A model generated the notes under the pieces. The model did not search any database. It was not told the origin of the DNA and worked only from the letters and a program-made list of their open reading frames with translations. Positions 18,734-28,152 of a stretch of DNA of 64,000 nucleotides are shown one piece after another (the first letter of the stretch is position 1; each line of letters opens with the position of its first letter). The stretch lies in contig MFGJ01000007.1 in assembly GCA_001778235.1 (NCBI GenBank), positions 77,085 through 141,084 of the forward strand, in the 5' to 3' direction. The position numbers and the translations under genes are program-made. The DNA is from Candidatus Falkowbacteria bacterium RIFOXYC2_FULL_36_12. GTDB taxonomy: Bacteria; Patescibacteriota; Patescibacteriia; UBA11705.

Positions 18734-18840
18734 AATTTTATAAGCGAGATCAGTGAGAAAAGCGAGTAAAGCGAGTAAAGTTATGAATGCATGAACTGAA
18801 CTCGCTGTACTTGCTGTATTCTGAACTGGCTGTGTTTAAT

Positions 18841-19362
18841 TTATTTATTATCTTTTATATTATTAATTACTGTGACGAAACTTCGCAGTGTTCCAGCCAA
18901 TACATTAACAAAGCCTGAAATTGGGGCGTTGATTGAACCAACAATCTTGGCATATAATTCCAACTTTGAAGGAAGCGCGGCCAATGCTTTGATACCAGGA
19001 ATATCAATTATTTCATTTTCAACTATACCACCACGGAATTGGACTTCTTCATGATTCTTGGCAAAGTCGGCTAAAATTTTTGCAGGAGCAACCTCATCTT
19101 CTCGGCCAAAAGCAACTGCCATACTACCAGAGTAATCAATCTTATCTTGACCTTCGAGTTTTAATTCGCTAATCAATTTTTTCAACAGGGTTTTCTTGAC
19201 AGCCAAAAACTCAACATTTTCTTCTTTGCATTTATTTCGTAGCTCTTCGGTCGCAACAACTGTCAAGCCATTGAAATCAGCAACAATCATTGATTTTGCA
19301 CCAGTCATTTGTTCTTTTAATATTTTTAGAGCATCTGATTTTTGCTCTTTGGTTTTTGCCAT
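18841..19362 (-). CDS. rplJ: 50S ribosomal protein L10
   Basis: DFNGLTV..TEELR, VKKTL, LAALPSKLEL; upstream of rplL. Confidence 0.97.
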   Translation of the reverse strand: MAKTKEQKSDALKILKEQMTGAKSMIVADFNGLTVVATEELRNKCKEENVEFLAVKKTLLKKLISELKLEGQDKIDYSGSMAVAFGREDEVAPAKILADFAKNHEEVQFRGGIVENEIIDIPGIKALAALPSKLELYAKIVGSINAPISGFVNVLAGTLRSFVTVINNIKDNK

Positions 19363-19410
19363 ATTATTTGTTAATAATTTAGTAATTAAATCCTAGTAAT
19401 TGGATATAAA

Positions 19411-19532
19411 AAATCCCCGGTTGCCCGCAGATGAAATAAAACTGTTGTGGCTATACATCAAAATGATGTATCAGCTTCTAGTCCTATGCAAGGTATTGGT
19501 TTAAGCCAGTGTGGCCCTTGCAGTCTGCGGAA
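19411..19532 (-). ncRNA. Ribosomal protein L10 leader (cis-regulatory RNA)
   Basis: Minus strand CCGCAGACUGCAAGG...UUAA...CCUUGCAUAGG...UCUGCGG upstream of rplJ, after promoter TTGACA-17-TAGTAT. Confidence 0.75.
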
Positions 19533-19618
19533 ATATATTGTAGTTATATACTAACAAAAATAACGGGCATTGTCAATAAGCAATTTTTATCCTAAAAATA
19601 AACAAAAAAACAGCCGAT

Positions 19619-20386
19619 TTAGACTGATTTATTTTTCTTTCTATAACAAACCGAACAAATTTTTCCTTGCTCAAAATCACGGTATTTTAGCCTTCTTTGG
19701 TGCCTGCAAATACCACATTTGCCGTAGTTTTTAGGTATAAATATCCGTTGATAACAGGTATGGCAATATGGCATATTTTCTGGGTCACGATATCTGACTG
19801 ATCGGATTTTATTGCAACCAAAGCATTTCTTTTTATTGCCTTTTTTGTTATAACATTTTCGACACATTTTCCGTCCATCTAGTAAATTTTTAACAATGAT
19901 ATAATAGCCCTGACAAAATGAACACTTAAACTTCTTGTGATCATAAACTTCTCTCAAATAACAGGTAGAACAAATTGCATCTACTTCACTTAGCCAGATA
20001 TGTAATGGCTTCTTCTGCTTACAGATGACACAGACAATTAAGGAAAATTTCTGACGATAACATGTACGACAAAACTCGTTTTTCTGTTCATCTCGACCAT
20101 AAAAAAGTTTTTGTTTGTTACAACTGTTACAAATAATTGTTTTAGGACAATACTTTTTCCTTTTATAATTTTTACTGAAACTCATTGTTCCATTTTTTGC
20201 CCTATAGTTAACAATTTTTTGTTTGAGGCTAATTTCAGGTAAAACAACATTCTGATTTTGACTTAATGGATTTTCTTTTTCATTTTTTTCTCTCTGACGG
20301 CAGTCAAAACAGAGCTCAAAAACTGAAAACTTTGATGGTCGAACTGTATTTTTGATTTCCAGGCATAAATCACACCGATTGCTCAT
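19619..20386 (-). CDS. Multi-zinc-finger (CxxC repeat) basic protein, 255 aa (SD-led orphan)
   Basis: Six CxxC-x14-16-CxxC(Y) units; GGAGGGG SD before ATG 20386. Confidence 0.75.
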   Translation of the reverse strand: MSNRCDLCLEIKNTVRPSKFSVFELCFDCRQREKNEKENPLSQNQNVVLPEISLKQKIVNYRAKNGTMSFSKNYKRKKYCPKTIICNSCNKQKLFYGRDEQKNEFCRTCYRQKFSLIVCVICKQKKPLHIWLSEVDAICSTCYLREVYDHKKFKCSFCQGYYIIVKNLLDGRKMCRKCYNKKGNKKKCFGCNKIRSVRYRDPENMPYCHTCYQRIFIPKNYGKCGICRHQRRLKYRDFEQGKICSVCYRKKNKSV

Positions 20387-21530
20387 TGTCCCCTCCAAGG
20401 AATTGCTGGAGTTTGCTGGCTTGGATTGACCACTGGAAAGTTTGATTGATGCGACTAATGCCTTGATTAGCAAGAATGGCAGATTTTTCTGGATTGTCAA
20501 TTAGCTGTGAAATTGCCTCGGCGATTTCAATGGGGTTCAAGGGATTAACAACTAAACCATTATAATCATGAATTACAGCCTCAATCGCGCCACCACTGCG
20601 CCCGGCAATCGCTGGTAGACCAAAGAGGTTTGCTTCTAGGTAAACAATACCAAAACCCTCCACATCGCCATTATCGAGCCTCCTAGCGGGCATAACAAAG
20701 ATATCAGCTAGTTCATAATAAATTGGCAGTTCATGATCGGTTATGTTTTCAATTATTCGAACATTATTTGATAAGCCATACATCTGGATCATGTTTAGCA
20801 AGTAATTTTTATATTTTCCTTTACCGATTATAAGATACAAAATTTTAGGGTACTTGGATACAAGTATTTTCACAGCTTCAATCGTCTTGTCCGCACCTTT
20901 CCTTTCAACCAATCGACCAACGGTTATAATTATTTTTCGATCTGTGAGTGTTTCTTCTCTGATAATTTTATCTTTTAATGTTTGATCAGAACTTTTTTGA
21001 GAGAAATTTGGGCAAGGATAAATAATCTCAACTGGAGTATTATTGCCCAAGCCAACCTTGGTTAATTCATGACTGGTATATTGGCTATTGACAATTATTC
21101 TATCAGCATGTTTCAAAATTTTCTTTAATAAATGCCTTTTTCTCGGTCGAGATTGAGACAAGGCAATGTCTAAACCATGAAAAGATAATACATATGGAAT
21201 ATTCAAGAATTTTTTCAAAAGATAGGCGATTGTGCCACCGGGCAGGACTTGGGCGACAATAATTTGCTCAATTTTTTCACTCCTGACTATTCTCCAGGTT
21301 TGGAATAAAAAAGGTAGCCATTTTGGCCAAATTAATTTTTTGTTTGATAATAATTTATGGCGATAAATTAAGAAATTCTGTTTAATATCAAAATCAAGAG
21401 AATTATCATATTCTGGAGCAAGAACCACAATATCTTTATCTGGCAACTGTTTTAGTAAATTTGCCCAATAATTTGAAACACCACCAAACATTGGTGGGAA
21501 ATCCAGAGTGATAAGCAATGTTTTTTTCAT
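20370..21530 (-). CDS. Glycosyltransferase family 4
   Basis: DFPPMFGG, HGLD, VGRLVERKG, EGFGIVYLEA. Confidence 0.93.
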   Translation of the reverse strand: MKKTLLITLDFPPMFGGVSNYWANLLKQLPDKDIVVLAPEYDNSLDFDIKQNFLIYRHKLLSNKKLIWPKWLPFLFQTWRIVRSEKIEQIIVAQVLPGGTIAYLLKKFLNIPYVLSFHGLDIALSQSRPRKRHLLKKILKHADRIIVNSQYTSHELTKVGLGNNTPVEIIYPCPNFSQKSSDQTLKDKIIREETLTDRKIIITVGRLVERKGADKTIEAVKILVSKYPKILYLIIGKGKYKNYLLNMIQMYGLSNNVRIIENITDHELPIYYELADIFVMPARRLDNGDVEGFGIVYLEANLFGLPAIAGRSGGAIEAVIHDYNGLVVNPLNPIEIAEAISQLIDNPEKSAILANQGISRINQTFQWSIQASKLQQFLGGDNEQSV

Positions 21531-22243
21531 ATTAATGTAATTATCCCTAATTGTCCTCCTTGGTTAGCACTTTTATCTCTCCGGTATGAATAATATTTAT
21601 GATTACAGCTGGTACAAACTGAACTTATTTCAAGGTTTTTGTGATGAACTCCAACGGTTTTTAGCTGATCAACAACCAGTGCGGTCAAATCATAATACAA
21701 TCTGTTATTAATTTTCTGCAAAAATTTGGACGGGAACATGTCAAGAATGTCTTGTTTTATCTCAAAACAGCATTTACCTATATGTGGACCAATTGCAATG
21801 TGCAAGCTATCTGACTTTGTATTATAATCTTTTTTCATTAATTCTGCAAGTTTAGGGATAATTTCCTTGACTACACCTTGCCAGCCTGCATGGGCGATAG
21901 CAATAACTTGATTTTGCTTATCATAAAAAAAAACGGGTAGACAATCCGCAGTCTCAATCCCTAAAATTATATTTTTTTCATTGGTTATTAGTGCATCATA
22001 GCCATTAAGCCAATTTTTCTCGGTTGATCCTCGACCACGGTCTTTTGAAATGACTTTAATTATTTTATTGCCATGAACCTGCTGAACTGTCACAAGATTT
22101 GGTAATGACAATTCAAGTTGATTAAAAAATGTCTGACGATTTGCCAGAACATTGTCACCAGACCATTTGAAAGATAAATTGCCATCGGTTGAATCACTAA
22201 ATGTTGCAATAATATCTGAAAATTTTTCAAAAAATCCAATCAT
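21527..22243 (-). CDS. pgeF: YfiH/PgeF family protein (peptidoglycan editing factor / purine nucleoside phosphorylase)
   Basis: QVHG, DALIT, TADCLPV, HAGWQG, IGPHIGKCCFE, YSYRR. Confidence 0.92.
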   Translation of the reverse strand: MIGFFEKFSDIIATFSDSTDGNLSFKWSGDNVLANRQTFFNQLELSLPNLVTVQQVHGNKIIKVISKDRGRGSTEKNWLNGYDALITNEKNIILGIETADCLPVFFYDKQNQVIAIAHAGWQGVVKEIIPKLAELMKKDYNTKSDSLHIAIGPHIGKCCFEIKQDILDMFPSKFLQKINNRLYYDLTALVVDQLKTVGVHHKNLEISSVCTSCNHKYYSYRRDKSANQGGQLGIITLI

Positions 22244-22244
22244 A

Positions 22245-23681
22245 TTATTTTCTCAACATTGATTGCTTGAGATAAGTCATGTCTTGTCGGGAAAAACCTT
22301 TGACTAAGTATAAAACTCCAATATAAATAATAGCACCGATTACCATTACCAGAACTAAATTCATTGACTGTTTCAAGTATAAAACTGCAATGGTCATAAT
22401 GACAGCACTTAAAATAGTTTTAGCAAAAACAAGTATTAAATTCCGACGGCTATATGGGATAATTTTCCTGGCAACAAAAAGACTGATTAAAAAAAGTAAT
22501 GCGTGGCAAACAAGAAAAACAGCTGCAGCTCCAATATAACTATATTGGGGTATAAAAATTAAATTCAAAATAATATTCAAAGCCATAACAAGACCAACCA
22601 ACTTGGTATTTGTGACTTGCTTATCACAACCGTTTAGCAAAGCTCCTAAGGGGAAATTGAGAAAAACAAAAATCAAACCAAAAACTAATATCTTCAAAGT
22701 TAAAACAGAATTAATAAATTGCTGGCCAAAAAGCATTGGAATAACTTCATCGGATAAGCTTAATAAACCGAATGATATTGGCACGACAAAAATTGTCAGT
22801 AGCAACATGGCTTTATCAAAGGAAAATTTCAACTTTGCTTTGTCATGAACAAAATAATAGCTGAATGCTGGAAAAATGGCGGCAGCAAAAGCCGATGGGA
22901 TAAATTGAAGAGCAAATGGAACCTTCATGGCTGTTTGGTAAAAGCCTACCGCAGCATCACCTTTTAGATATGATAAAAGAACAGAGTCAATATTGCCATA
23001 GATGCGACTAAAAATCGCAATTAAAGCAAACGGTAAGGCAATTTTGAACAAAAATTTTAATATTTCAGGATCAAATTTCCAACAATATCGGACATTTAAT
23101 TTCCGACGAACCATGATACTAGAGTAGACAAAATTAAAAAGCCCACCGGCTAGAAGCGGTAACATTAAAAACATCAAGCTTTGATGGGTCAGTAAAACAT
23201 AGGCGCCGGATAAAACCACGACAACTTGACTAATCACAATACTGAAAGCCTCATATTTTAGATTTTGTCCACCACGAAAAACACCCCAAAAACTAAGAGT
23301 GAAGGAATCTAACATCATCAACAAACCAGATAAATATACTAAATTTTTGGTAATAGGTGGATAGCCCATTAAGTTTATCACCAGAATAACTACCAAATAA
23401 GATAAAATAGCCAAGATAGACTTTGAAGTCAGGATTGAAGATAAATATTTACTGGTTTTGTCAAAACTTTTGGCTGACTCTCTTATCAAAGCTGATGATA
23501 AACCGAAATCAATGAAAACCGCAAACATGGTGGTAAATGACAAGGCAAAAGTATATTTACCTAAATCTTCAACGCCAATAAATCTAGCAATTAAAACAAA
23601 ATAAACAAAAGCAAGGATTTTCTGTCCGATATAGGCAAGAGTGAGGTAAGTTGTGTTTTTGGCGATTGTTTGTTTTGTCAT
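22245..23681 (-). CDS. Wzx-type polysaccharide flippase
   Basis: IAKNT start, DFGL, about 14 TM segments, DSVLL..LKGDAAVGFY. Confidence 0.88.
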   Translation of the reverse strand: MTKQTIAKNTTYLTLAYIGQKILAFVYFVLIARFIGVEDLGKYTFALSFTTMFAVFIDFGLSSALIRESAKSFDKTSKYLSSILTSKSILAILSYLVVILVINLMGYPPITKNLVYLSGLLMMLDSFTLSFWGVFRGGQNLKYEAFSIVISQVVVVLSGAYVLLTHQSLMFLMLPLLAGGLFNFVYSSIMVRRKLNVRYCWKFDPEILKFLFKIALPFALIAIFSRIYGNIDSVLLSYLKGDAAVGFYQTAMKVPFALQFIPSAFAAAIFPAFSYYFVHDKAKLKFSFDKAMLLLTIFVVPISFGLLSLSDEVIPMLFGQQFINSVLTLKILVFGLIFVFLNFPLGALLNGCDKQVTNTKLVGLVMALNIILNLIFIPQYSYIGAAAVFLVCHALLFLISLFVARKIIPYSRRNLILVFAKTILSAVIMTIAVLYLKQSMNLVLVMVIGAIIYIGVLYLVKGFSRQDMTYLKQSMLRK

Positions 23682-23782
23682 AAAGTAATTAAATTATACA
23701 GTAAATTGTAATGATTTCAAAATTGTTAAGTGCGAATAATAATTGCTTATTTCAATCTCATCTAGTCATAAAATTTTCACAT

Positions 23783-23808
23783 AAAAATCCTCTGCTAAGA
23801 GGATTTTT
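23783..23808 (-). terminator. Terminator of the ribosomal operon after rpsI
   Basis: AAAAATCCTCT-gcta-AGAGGATTTTT. Confidence 0.75.
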
Positions 23809-23828
23809 ATTTATATAAATGGTTTTGA

Positions 23829-24320
23829 TTAACGCTTTCTCCATTGTGGTGCACGACGAGCTCGCTTCAAACCTGGTTTTTTTCGTTCTTTCTTTCGCGC
23901 ATCTCGAGTAATATAACCAGCTTTTTTCAATGGTTTTCTAAAATTTGGATTCAGCTGAATCAAAGCCTTGGCAATACCATTGCGAATAGCTTCAGCTTGG
24001 CTAGAAATACCGCCACCAGAAACTTTTACAGTAACATTCAATTTGTCCCCTTGTCCGATTAATTTCTGCGGAGACCGAACAATTTCCTGAAGTTCAAATG
24101 TTGGAAAATAAACTTCAAAAGCTTTTTCATTAACAGTAAATTTACCTTCACCCTTTTTGTAAACTCGAACTTGGGCGACTGAAGTTTTTCTTTTACCAAC
24201 AGAATATAAATATTCACCCCGTTTCTTGTCTTCTTCAACAACAACTTCCTCGACCAAAGGAGTTACAGGAGCTGTTTCGGTTTTTTTTCTAACTTTTTTA
24301 ATTGTTTTTTCTACTGCCAT
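23829..24320 (-). CDS. rpsI: 30S ribosomal protein S9
   Basis: GKRKTSVA, GGGISSQAEAIR, RDARKKERKKPGLKRARRAPQWRKR. Confidence 0.98.
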   Translation of the reverse strand: MAVEKTIKKVRKKTETAPVTPLVEEVVVEEDKKRGEYLYSVGKRKTSVAQVRVYKKGEGKFTVNEKAFEVYFPTFELQEIVRSPQKLIGQGDKLNVTVKVSGGGISSQAEAIRNGIAKALIQLNPNFRKPLKKAGYITRDARKKERKKPGLKRARRAPQWRKR

Positions 24321-24326
24321 AGTATA

Positions 24327-24677
24327 TTAGTTTGCGAAACGCAATCTTTTAATCATCTCTGCTCTTAATTTATTTTTTGGAAGCATATTATAAACAGCTT
24401 TTTTCAAAACTTCTCTTGGTTTTTCTGCCATTAATTTTTTCATCTGGGTTGTTTTTAACCCACCTGGATAACCAGAATGTCGATAATACATTTTTTGTTC
24501 AAGTTTTTTACCAGTAATTTTCATTTTTTCTACACCGGTCACGGTCACTACTGCACCAGAATCTAGACGAGGATCAAAATCAACACGATTTTTACCGTGC
24601 AATAAAAAAGCAATATCAGAGGCTAATCTGCCAAGCGCTTTATCTGTTGCATCAATTGTATGAAATTGTCTTTGCAT
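24327..24677 (-). CDS. rplM: 50S ribosomal protein L13, short form
   Basis: IDA...LGRLAS, YYRHSGYPGGLK, MLPKNKL. Confidence 0.96.
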   Translation of the reverse strand: MQRQFHTIDATDKALGRLASDIAFLLHGKNRVDFDPRLDSGAVVTVTGVEKMKITGKKLEQKMYYRHSGYPGGLKTTQMKKLMAEKPREVLKKAVYNMLPKNKLRAEMIKRLRFAN

Positions 24678-24689
24678 AATATTAAATAT

Positions 24690-25043
24690 TTAGACTAATT
24701 CTAGCGAAACCATCTGTGCTTGATCGCCAGATCTTGGTCCAATTTTTATAATTCGAGTATAACCACCTTTTCGGTCTTTGTATTTCGGGCCGATTTCTTC
24801 TAACAATTTTTTTACTGCTTTTCCTGTATAAAAATATTTTTCAAGATTTCTTTTTACAGCTAATTCATTTTTCTTGCTAGCAGTAATGTATTTTTCGATA
24901 ATCGGTCTGACAGCTTGAGCTTTGGTCTTGGTGGTTTTTATTTTCCCATTGTTCAAAACAAAGCTTGTAGCAAGACTGCGAAGTAATGCTTTTCTCGGAT
25001 CTCTTGTTCTGCCAAGTTTTTTGCCTGACTTTTGGTGTCTCAT
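24690..25043 (-). CDS. rplQ: 50S ribosomal protein L17
   Basis: MRHQKSGKKLGR, RKGGYTRI. Confidence 0.98.
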   Translation of the reverse strand: MRHQKSGKKLGRTRDPRKALLRSLATSFVLNNGKIKTTKTKAQAVRPIIEKYITASKKNELAVKRNLEKYFYTGKAVKKLLEEIGPKYKDRKGGYTRIIKIGPRSGDQAQMVSLELV

Positions 25044-25049
25044 AAAAAA

Positions 25050-25805
25050 TTATTCTTTTTCAGCAGTCGCCTCCTCTGATTCTTCGATTGAAGCATCAGC
25101 TGGCTCTTCTGCTTGTTTTTTTCCATTAACTAATAGTTGAAAATGGTTTATTAAAATTTCAGTTGACTGCTCAACAGCTTCTTGTGGAGTAATGGAACCA
25201 TCGGTTTCAATAGTCATTGTCAATTTATCATAATCTGTAATGTCTCCAACACGAGTATGTTCAACTTTGTATCCAACATTTCTAATTGGTGAAAAAACTG
25301 CGTCAACTAACATTGTTCCAATCGTAACATCATCCTTATTTCTCTCTTCAACCGGCAAATAACCTCTACCTTTCTGAACTGTAATTTCCATTTCTAATTC
25401 AGCTTTTTTGTCAGTAAGGGTAGCAATAGCCAAATCAGTATTAACAACTTCTACATCACTATTTTTTGAAATATCTTTGGCAGTGACAACTTTTTCTCCT
25501 TTGGCTTTCAAGGTAAGAACAACAGGTTCATCTGTATGGATTTTTACTCTAAGATTTTTTAGATTCAACATTATATTCAAGGCATCTTCTTTAACATTAT
25601 CAACTGATGAAAATTCTTGATCAGCTCCTTTGATTTTTACGGAAGTTACTGCAGCTCCAGGTAAAGATGAGAGTAAAACTCGTCTCAAAGCATTGCCGAT
25701 TGTTGTACCATAACCAAAATATAGTGGCTCAATTTCTAGAATTGCCTCGTTGGCATTACTGCCTTTTTTGTAATTTATTTTTGATGGCAGGAGAAATAAC
25801 TCCAT
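25050..25805 (-). CDS. rpoA: RNA polymerase alpha subunit (N-terminal domain only)
   Basis: IEPL..GYGTTIGNALRRVLLSSLPGAAV, GRGY, DAVFSP, TDYDKL; start set at ATG 25805. Confidence 0.96.
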   Translation of the reverse strand: MELFLLPSKINYKKGSNANEAILEIEPLYFGYGTTIGNALRRVLLSSLPGAAVTSVKIKGADQEFSSVDNVKEDALNIMLNLKNLRVKIHTDEPVVLTLKAKGEKVVTAKDISKNSDVEVVNTDLAIATLTDKKAELEMEITVQKGRGYLPVEERNKDDVTIGTMLVDAVFSPIRNVGYKVEHTRVGDITDYDKLTMTIETDGSITPQEAVEQSTEILINHFQLLVNGKKQAEEPADASIEESEEATAEKE

Positions 25806-25880
25806 AAAATTATACCGCACAACTCTCACCTTTTTACCCTCCTGGATAATCAAGGAATAGAGAAATCGCGACTTTATTTA

Positions 25881-26519
25881 TTAACGAGAATAGAACTCAA
25901 CGATTGATTTCATGTCAAAATCAAGTGCAAACTTCTTGGAATCTGGAACAGAAACTACCTTGCCTGACATATCTTGTGGATCGACAAATAGCCAATTTGC
26001 TAATTCATGATTTTTTAATCTTTCAGCTAAATCATTGAATACTACTCGGTTTTTTATACTTTTTTCTCGTACGGTGATAACATCATTCACTTTTAATTGG
26101 TATGATGGGATATCTACTTTCTTCCCATTAACCATGAAATGACCGTGACTGACTAATTGTCGAGAATGTTTTATTGATTTACCATAGCCCAATTTGTGGA
26201 CAACATTATCAAGTCTCATTTCAAGCATTCGGTATAGAGCTTGACCAGTTGTTTCTGCTTTTTGAGCAATAGCTTTGTCAAAATAGTTTTTGAACTGTTT
26301 TTCTCTTAAATTATATAAACTTTTAGCTGATTGTTTTTCTCTAAGCTGTTTTCCGAAATCGGTCAATCGTGCTCTAGTCTGTTTTGGCCCCTGAATACCT
26401 GGACCATAACTTCTTCGAGTAATGGCACAATTGGGGGAATCACAACGACCGTCTTTTAGATAAAGCTTTTTACCTGTACGCCGACAGATTCTACATTTTG
26501 CATTTTGATTTTCTGACAT
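25881..26519 (-). CDS. rpsD: 30S ribosomal protein S4 (Cys-containing form)
   Basis: CRICRR, QLREKQ, LEMRLDNVV, RQLVSHGH, IVEFYSR. Confidence 0.98.
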   Translation of the reverse strand: MSENQNAKCRICRRTGKKLYLKDGRCDSPNCAITRRSYGPGIQGPKQTRARLTDFGKQLREKQSAKSLYNLREKQFKNYFDKAIAQKAETTGQALYRMLEMRLDNVVHKLGYGKSIKHSRQLVSHGHFMVNGKKVDIPSYQLKVNDVITVREKSIKNRVVFNDLAERLKNHELANWLFVDPQDMSGKVVSVPDSKKFALDFDMKSIVEFYSR

Positions 26520-26542
26520 AATTTATTGAAAACTATACCCGA

Positions 26543-27073
26543 TTATACTCTTCGTGGTTTGCGTCTTCGGCAACCATTGTGAGGAATCGGAGTAATATCT
26601 TTAATAGACAAAATATTTATACCATTGGCATTGATGGCTCTAACAGCAGATTCTCTACCCAAGCCAACACCTTTTACAAAAACATTAACTTCTTTTAGAC
26701 CATATTGAATGATTTTATCAGTTGCTTTTTTGACAATTACAGAGGCAGCATATGGAGTAGCTTTTCTTGCACCTTGGAAACCATTTTCTCCAGCGCTTGA
26801 TGAAGCTAAAACATTACCATTCTGGTCAGTAAAAGTGACGGTAGTATTGTTGTATGTTGCTTTAATATATGCTCTGCCAAGAGAAACTTGCTTCAATACT
26901 TTCTTTTTTCCTTTTGCAGTTTTAATTTTTGCATTAGCTGAAGGCTTTTTCTTGTCTTTTGACTGATTTTCAACTGCAATATCCGCTGAATCATTTGGTG
27001 TAGAGGTGGTAGCAATATCAGCTTCTTTTTCAGCAACCTGATTGTCTTCAATTGTCTTTTTTTCGTCTGCCAT
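26543..27073 (-). CDS. rpsK: 30S ribosomal protein S11 with N-terminal extension
   Basis: TYNNT, RKATPYAA, GRESA, DITPIPHNGCR. Confidence 0.98.
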   Translation of the reverse strand: MADEKKTIEDNQVAEKEADIATTSTPNDSADIAVENQSKDKKKPSANAKIKTAKGKKKVLKQVSLGRAYIKATYNNTTVTFTDQNGNVLASSSAGENGFQGARKATPYAASVIVKKATDKIIQYGLKEVNVFVKGVGLGRESAVRAINANGINILSIKDITPIPHNGCRRRKPRRV

Positions 27074-27113
27074 AGTTATAGTAATAAAAATTTTTGATTA
27101 TCAAATTTAAATA

Positions 27114-27503
27114 TTATGTTTTTTGAGCACTAGCTTTCTTTCCACTACCGGCTGTTCGTCTAACATTGCCACGGACTGTGCGAGAATTTGTCTTGGTTCT
27201 CTGACCTCGGGCTGGTAAAGATCGGCTATGACGACTACCACGATATGATTTTATTTCTTTCAAACGCTTGATGTCAGTCAAAACATCTCTTCGAAGTGAA
27301 CCTTCAGTTCTCATATCATTTTCAATAATCGCACGCAAACGGCTGACTTCGTCGTCGGTCAAATCTTTTACTTTTTTATTAATATCAATTTTAGTTTGAT
27401 TTAAAATTTTTGTACTGACTGCCTTACCAATGCCGTAAATATAAGTTAATCCGATCTGGACTCTTTTTTCATTTGGTAAATTTACACCTGATATTCTAGC
27501 CAT
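27114..27503 (-). CDS. rpsM: 30S ribosomal protein S13
   Basis: MARISGV, LTYIYGIG, YRGSRH..LPARGQRTKTN. Confidence 0.98.
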   Translation of the reverse strand: MARISGVNLPNEKRVQIGLTYIYGIGKAVSTKILNQTKIDINKKVKDLTDDEVSRLRAIIENDMRTEGSLRRDVLTDIKRLKEIKSYRGSRHSRSLPARGQRTKTNSRTVRGNVRRTAGSGKKASAQKT

Positions 27504-27524
27504 AAAATATAAATAAAATTAAAA

Positions 27525-27638
27525 TTATCCTTGGCGCTGTTTATGCTTGGGATTTTTACAAATAACTCCGACGCGTCCTTTGCGTCGAACAATTTTACAA
27601 TCTTTGCAGATTTTTTTCACTGATGATCGAACTTTCAT
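27525..27638 (-). CDS. rpmJ: 50S ribosomal protein L36 (not in the ORF track)
   Basis: Manual translation [37 protein letters not shown]. Confidence 0.97.
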   Translation of the reverse strand: MKVRSSVKKICKDCKIVRRKGRVGVICKNPKHKQRQG

Positions 27639-27695
27639 AATAAATCTCTTACATCTGAATTTTCAGATGCAGTCAGTAATAATAGATTATTTTTT

Positions 27696-27911
27696 TTAGA
27701 AACGGTAAACCACTCTGCCTTTGGATAAATCATAAGGTGTCATTTCCACCTTGACTTTATCTCCTGGTAATAAACGGATTTTATTCATCCTCATTTTCCC
27801 AGAAAGATGCGCCATGATTTCATGTCCATTTTCAAGAGCGATACGGAACAAGGTTGCAGGAAGTAATTCCTCAACTGTGCCCACCATCTCAATTACATCT
27901 TGTTTTCCCAT
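27696..27911 (-). CDS. infA: Translation initiation factor IF-1
   Basis: [31 protein letters not shown]. Confidence 0.98.
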   Translation of the reverse strand: MGKQDVIEMVGTVEELLPATLFRIALENGHEIMAHLSGKMRMNKIRLLPGDKVKVEMTPYDLSKGRVVYRF

Positions 27912-28152
27912 TGAATATTGGTAAAGATAGGTTAATTATACAGTAAAATAAAATATTGTCAATCCCATAGTAAACAATCTTGGAGATTGACTATTTTCAC
28001 CTATTTTAGATAAATAATACTTAATTTTTTAATGATAAATTTTCTAGAAATGCTTAAATTCAAAGCACCAATATAATAGCTAATTAATAAAATTTTGTCA
28101 AATTTTAGGGTAAAAGTTTATCCACATTAGAAAAGCGAGTTCAGGAATTAAC

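Noticed and set aside
18333-18743. Antisense ORFs over conserved genes (also 3065, 10913, 42591, 55743, 60437 and others)
   Set aside because: Shadow frames of well-conserved genes, with Ser/Phe-rich composition and no start signals
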